Part shown: piece after piece, positions 60,964 to 64,000 of the stretch
How positions within the stretch are numbered: the stretch's first letter is position 1
How the letters are laid out: every line of letters begins with the position of its first letter
Assembly (NCBI GenBank): GCA_900088475.1
Contig: FLMG01000885.1
Location: forward strand, 1 to 64,000
Length of the DNA: 64,000 nucleotides
From: Hyphochytrium catenoides
Lineage: Eukaryota; Protista; Hyphochytriomycota
Direction: 5' to 3'
Translations under genes and position numbers: made by a program
The notes under the pieces: generated by a model
Told to the model about the DNA's origin: nothing
The model's database searches: none
What the model saw: the letters and a program-made list of their open reading frames with translations, nothing else

Positions 60964-62379
60964 CTATTGGCGAATCCTTAGCTGCTTATCCGGGGAGCTC
61001 GAGTACGGCTTGGTTCTTCCTAGTACTTGGTTGACAAGCTTGATTACACGAAACTCTTTCTCTCTATCGCTGACGGCGGACACCACATTCATCCCTCCCA
61101 AAAAGACTCGTGCCTGAGAAGCCCACGCTACCACAACCTGGTCAGACGGAGGAGGCCCCAAAGCGCAGCCCAACCCCACACAGGTCCCAATATTGACTTT
61201 CGTTGGATCTCCAGCTTTCGCTGAGAAAAGAGAAAAATGCCTCTTCATGGCGTCCTGGTAGATACTTTCAGCCGCAGCTGGATCTCGTGCTACGTTGAAA
61301 TAGTTAAAGTTCACCCAATTGAGATACTGTTCTATGCCTATCGGGAAACAGCGTGATGAAGGAGGATCCTTGCAAATTTTCTCGTCTGCTTCAAAGGCAG
61401 TAGCTTCATAGGAAAGGTAGAAGGACTCTTCTCGAGGAAGAATGGAGCGGAGGGCTCTTGCGCTCTCTATCAGCTGAAGAGGTTGGAAGTTCTCTCCGCT
61501 TCGTTGGTCCACAATATTGACTCCATCAGCTTGCAACTCCGTCAAGATCTCCGCAGCGCTGGTTCTAAGAAGAGAAAGCGACGAAACGGAAACAGAGGTA
61601 GGAAACAGGGTGTCGCCGCCTATGTTCACCAGCACTCTCATACATTGGTTGTGCCAGTGTCGAATACATCTCTTAACGTCTTTAGTGCTGTTTGTCTGGA
61701 ATGTAGGGTTCAGTGATCCATCTTCTCTGATTCTTAGGGTTCCAAGGTTAACCACGTCCACCATCTCAGGCACATCGTCGCAGTAAGGATCAGAAGATGG
61801 CCAAAACGTCATGAGCTTGCCGATAGTAGGCAGAGGAGGACAGACCTCGCAACGTTGGCTCTTGATGGAGTAGAATTGGCCTACTTTGCATGGAGAGATA
61901 GTGCAATAACCATTGATAAGAATCTCCTCCTCCTTACACTCTACCAAGCGCATGAGCCCTGGTTTCTCCTTAATCCCTAGGTTCTCTTTACTCGAGTCCG
62001 CTCCAGAGAAGCCCCCAATGGCATCGGAGTCGACCCCGACCTTCAATATCAGGAAGAGAGCCACGACAGCTATAAGAGGGAGGAAACAGAGAAAGAATAG
62101 AAGAATCGGCCACCAGTGGAGGCCCTCGCTAGGTGGCCGACGTACTCCATCCTTTTCGGATGTCTTCTTGGTCTCTTCTTCTAGTAAGAGAATGGACGGC
62201 CGAAGTTTGCTCTCGACAGCGTAGGTCTTCAGATGGGGCCCAGTGGTCGCTTCGCTGCTCTCAACAACCGAAAAACTTGGGTCTGACTTGTGGCTCTCAT
62301 CGTTGTGAAAGGATGGGGACGAGGGGAGGGTGAGAATGATCTTGGGTGGCTGCTGAGGAGGGGAGGAATTCTGCATCAT
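60964..62379 (-). CDS. Intronless type-II membrane GH18 (chitinase)-like protein with Cys-rich stalk, probably non-catalytic
   Basis: N-terminal TM (WWPILLFFLCFLPLIAVVALFLIL), Cys-rich segment (C..CKVGQFY..CEVCP), GH18-like strands VLVNIGG, ADGVNIVD, LNWVNFNYFN, KVNIG, GGM. Confidence 0.65.
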   Translation of the reverse strand: MMQNSSPPQQPPKIILTLPSSPSFHNDESHKSDPSFSVVESSEATTGPHLKTYAVESKLRPSILLLEEETKKTSEKDGVRRPPSEGLHWWPILLFFLCFLPLIAVVALFLILKVGVDSDAIGGFSGADSSKENLGIKEKPGLMRLVECKEEEILINGYCTISPCKVGQFYSIKSQRCEVCPPLPTIGKLMTFWPSSDPYCDDVPEMVDVVNLGTLRIREDGSLNPTFQTNSTKDVKRCIRHWHNQCMRVLVNIGGDTLFPTSVSVSSLSLLRTSAAEILTELQADGVNIVDQRSGENFQPLQLIESARALRSILPREESFYLSYEATAFEADEKICKDPPSSRCFPIGIEQYLNWVNFNYFNVARDPAAAESIYQDAMKRHFSLFSAKAGDPTKVNIGTCVGLGCALGPPPSDQVVVAWASQARVFLGGMNVVSAVSDREKEFRVIKLVNQVLGRTKPYSSSPDKQLRIRQ

Positions 62380-62839
62380 GCACTGCGCATTTGTTACTAG
62401 GCAAGCGGTGGTTTCAACCAGGAAAAGAGGTCACGACGATAGTCTATGCTCAAGCGCTGGCAGGCGCCGCATCAAGCGGACAACGATCAATAGCAGCGTG
62501 TGCCCACTAGCGAGCTAATAAACCTCTGATGCTCTATTACTGCCCAGCACGATGGTTGAGGAAAGAAGGGTTCTGAGCTGGCGCATCGGATAGAAGCTAA
62601 GCTCATGTAGAGCCTAATGTGCCTCCGTCGCCACGGCAGCATAGGCCGATTGCACAGCCAGTATTGCACAAGAAGTCGATCGCGGTATGATCACCTCCGC
62701 ACCACTTCTTCTCTCTCATTATTTCAAGGTCCTCCTGGTAAGAAGTGACATCGCAGAAGCAGCAGCGAAGATAAGAAGAGAAGGAAGAGAGAACGAGAAG
62801 AGGATAGAAGAAAAGGTAGAGAGCCAGACAGTGTTAGAA

Positions 62840-62992
62840 GAGAGAGAGAGAGAGAAAGAGAAAGAGAAAGAGAGAAAGAGAGGGGGAGAANNNNNNNNNN
62901 NNNNNNNNNNNNNNNNNNNNNNNNNNNNNNNNNNNNNNNNNNNNNNNNNNNNNNNNNNNNNNNNNNNNNNNNNNNNNNNNNNGAGAAGAGAG
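62840..62992. repeat. AG-rich microsatellite around an assembly gap
   Basis: Seen directly. Confidence 0.85.
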
Positions 62993-63650
62993 TGGGACGT
63001 GACGAGGAGAGGGATGATTGATCTCAGCTTCTTATTGGGTTGCGGCTAGTAATATGACACCTCAAAGTGATGCCATTCATGGCAGAAAGCTTAACATACG
63101 CTGCCGTAGTAATGACAATTGGGACGGATCATCGTGACCCTTGGGGCACCATTCTTGCCTGAATGCCAGATGGTCCCATTTGACTAGCCCAACGACATCA
63201 TAAGGTCGATGAAGGGAACCTTCCCTTCTCATTATGGCCACGAGGAAATGTTCGTTAGGAAAGATGATGCCTCGCATCCTACAGTAGAAGTGCTGACGCT
63301 ACCCGGGTTAGCCTTGAAACCTACGGGTCATTCTTCATACTCGGGTCACACAAGTCCCGAGTAGTACCAAGTAACCCGCGGGTCAGGCTGTACCCGGGTC
63401 CTGCTTGTGTTCTGTGTACTCGAAAGCAAAGCAAGCACGAAGCTTGACCAGCGGCAACAACAGCAGCGGCGGCAGCAGCTGGGAGAGGAGATTCTGATGA
63501 TCCAGCGTAGTACTAGGCCATCAGCCATCACAGTGGCGGAGGCAGAAGAGGAACAGCAAGTCAGTATTCAGCGTCATTTAACGCGCAAAGGATCAGTGCG
63601 GCACGTAGAGGCGGGGTGATACTAGAGAGTCGTGGGTTATAGAGAGAGAT

Positions 63651-64000
63651 ATGGAGGCTATCGTCAGGAGGTTAACACAAGAATCAGTCGTGGCGCTGCG
63701 AAGTAGACTTGGCCAGGGATCAAGTTTAGCGAGAGGATCATCCTATTATACTGCAATCGGGAGCCAGAATGGCCTGAGGAAGAGAGCATGGTTGGCCTCG
63801 TCAAGACTCCCTCAGACGAGGTCATTTCATGGCTCGCCGACAAGTAAGTACATTGCTACAGCTATGCCATCCGTTTGATTTGCTAACACGCAGCTGATGT
63901 CTTTAGGACAGCACAGGGATTTATCGGAGCTAGCGAACAACCCTGAGTAAGCCTTACCCTAGTGACCAGGCCATCTTCTGAAGGAACTCACCACCTTTCT
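63651..64000 (+). CDS. 5' end of a gene, possibly with a mitochondrial presequence; truncated by the window edge
   Basis: R/S/L-rich, acid-poor N-terminus ending in RSFH. Donor gtaagt at 63844, then a short in-frame exon (RQHRDLSELANNP) and another gtaag donor. Confidence 0.5.

Overview
Intron-rich eukaryotic nuclear DNA with spliceosomal GT-AG introns, the standard genetic code, (AG)n/(CT)n microsatellites and 5 assembly gaps. The gene content (W-x-x-GPLG PDZ arrays, membrane-anchored GH18, stand-alone Pta N-terminal domain) suggests a stramenopile, perhaps oomycete-related; this is inference only. Manual splicing gives 13 complete genes: ZIP transporter, 4xPDZ protein, AAA_26/BioD-like protein, SCI1-like protein, ATAD2/Yta7, DIPP-type Nudix, DNAJC2/MPP11, Deltex, P4-ATPase, TRPV-like channel, Yippee, DHHC palmitoyltransferase and a GH18-like protein. 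The 5' end of a 14th gene lies at the window edge. The two gene-free blocks (~7.8-10 kb and ~48-51.5 kb) appear to hold heavily decayed Penelope-like retroelements. The most interesting observations are: (i) an ATAD2 with a frame-obligatory PHD-finger exon between its AAA modules plus a Tudor-like domain after the bromodomain; (ii) a WWE-WWE-RING-DTC Deltex whose ADP-ribose-ubiquitylation His and Glu both appear to be Leu; (iii) a TRPV-like channel with a K-channel-like TSVGYFD filter; (iv) introns that fall into GA-rich and CT-rich classes interleaved within genes. All exon calls and motif matches were made by eye and are unverified.
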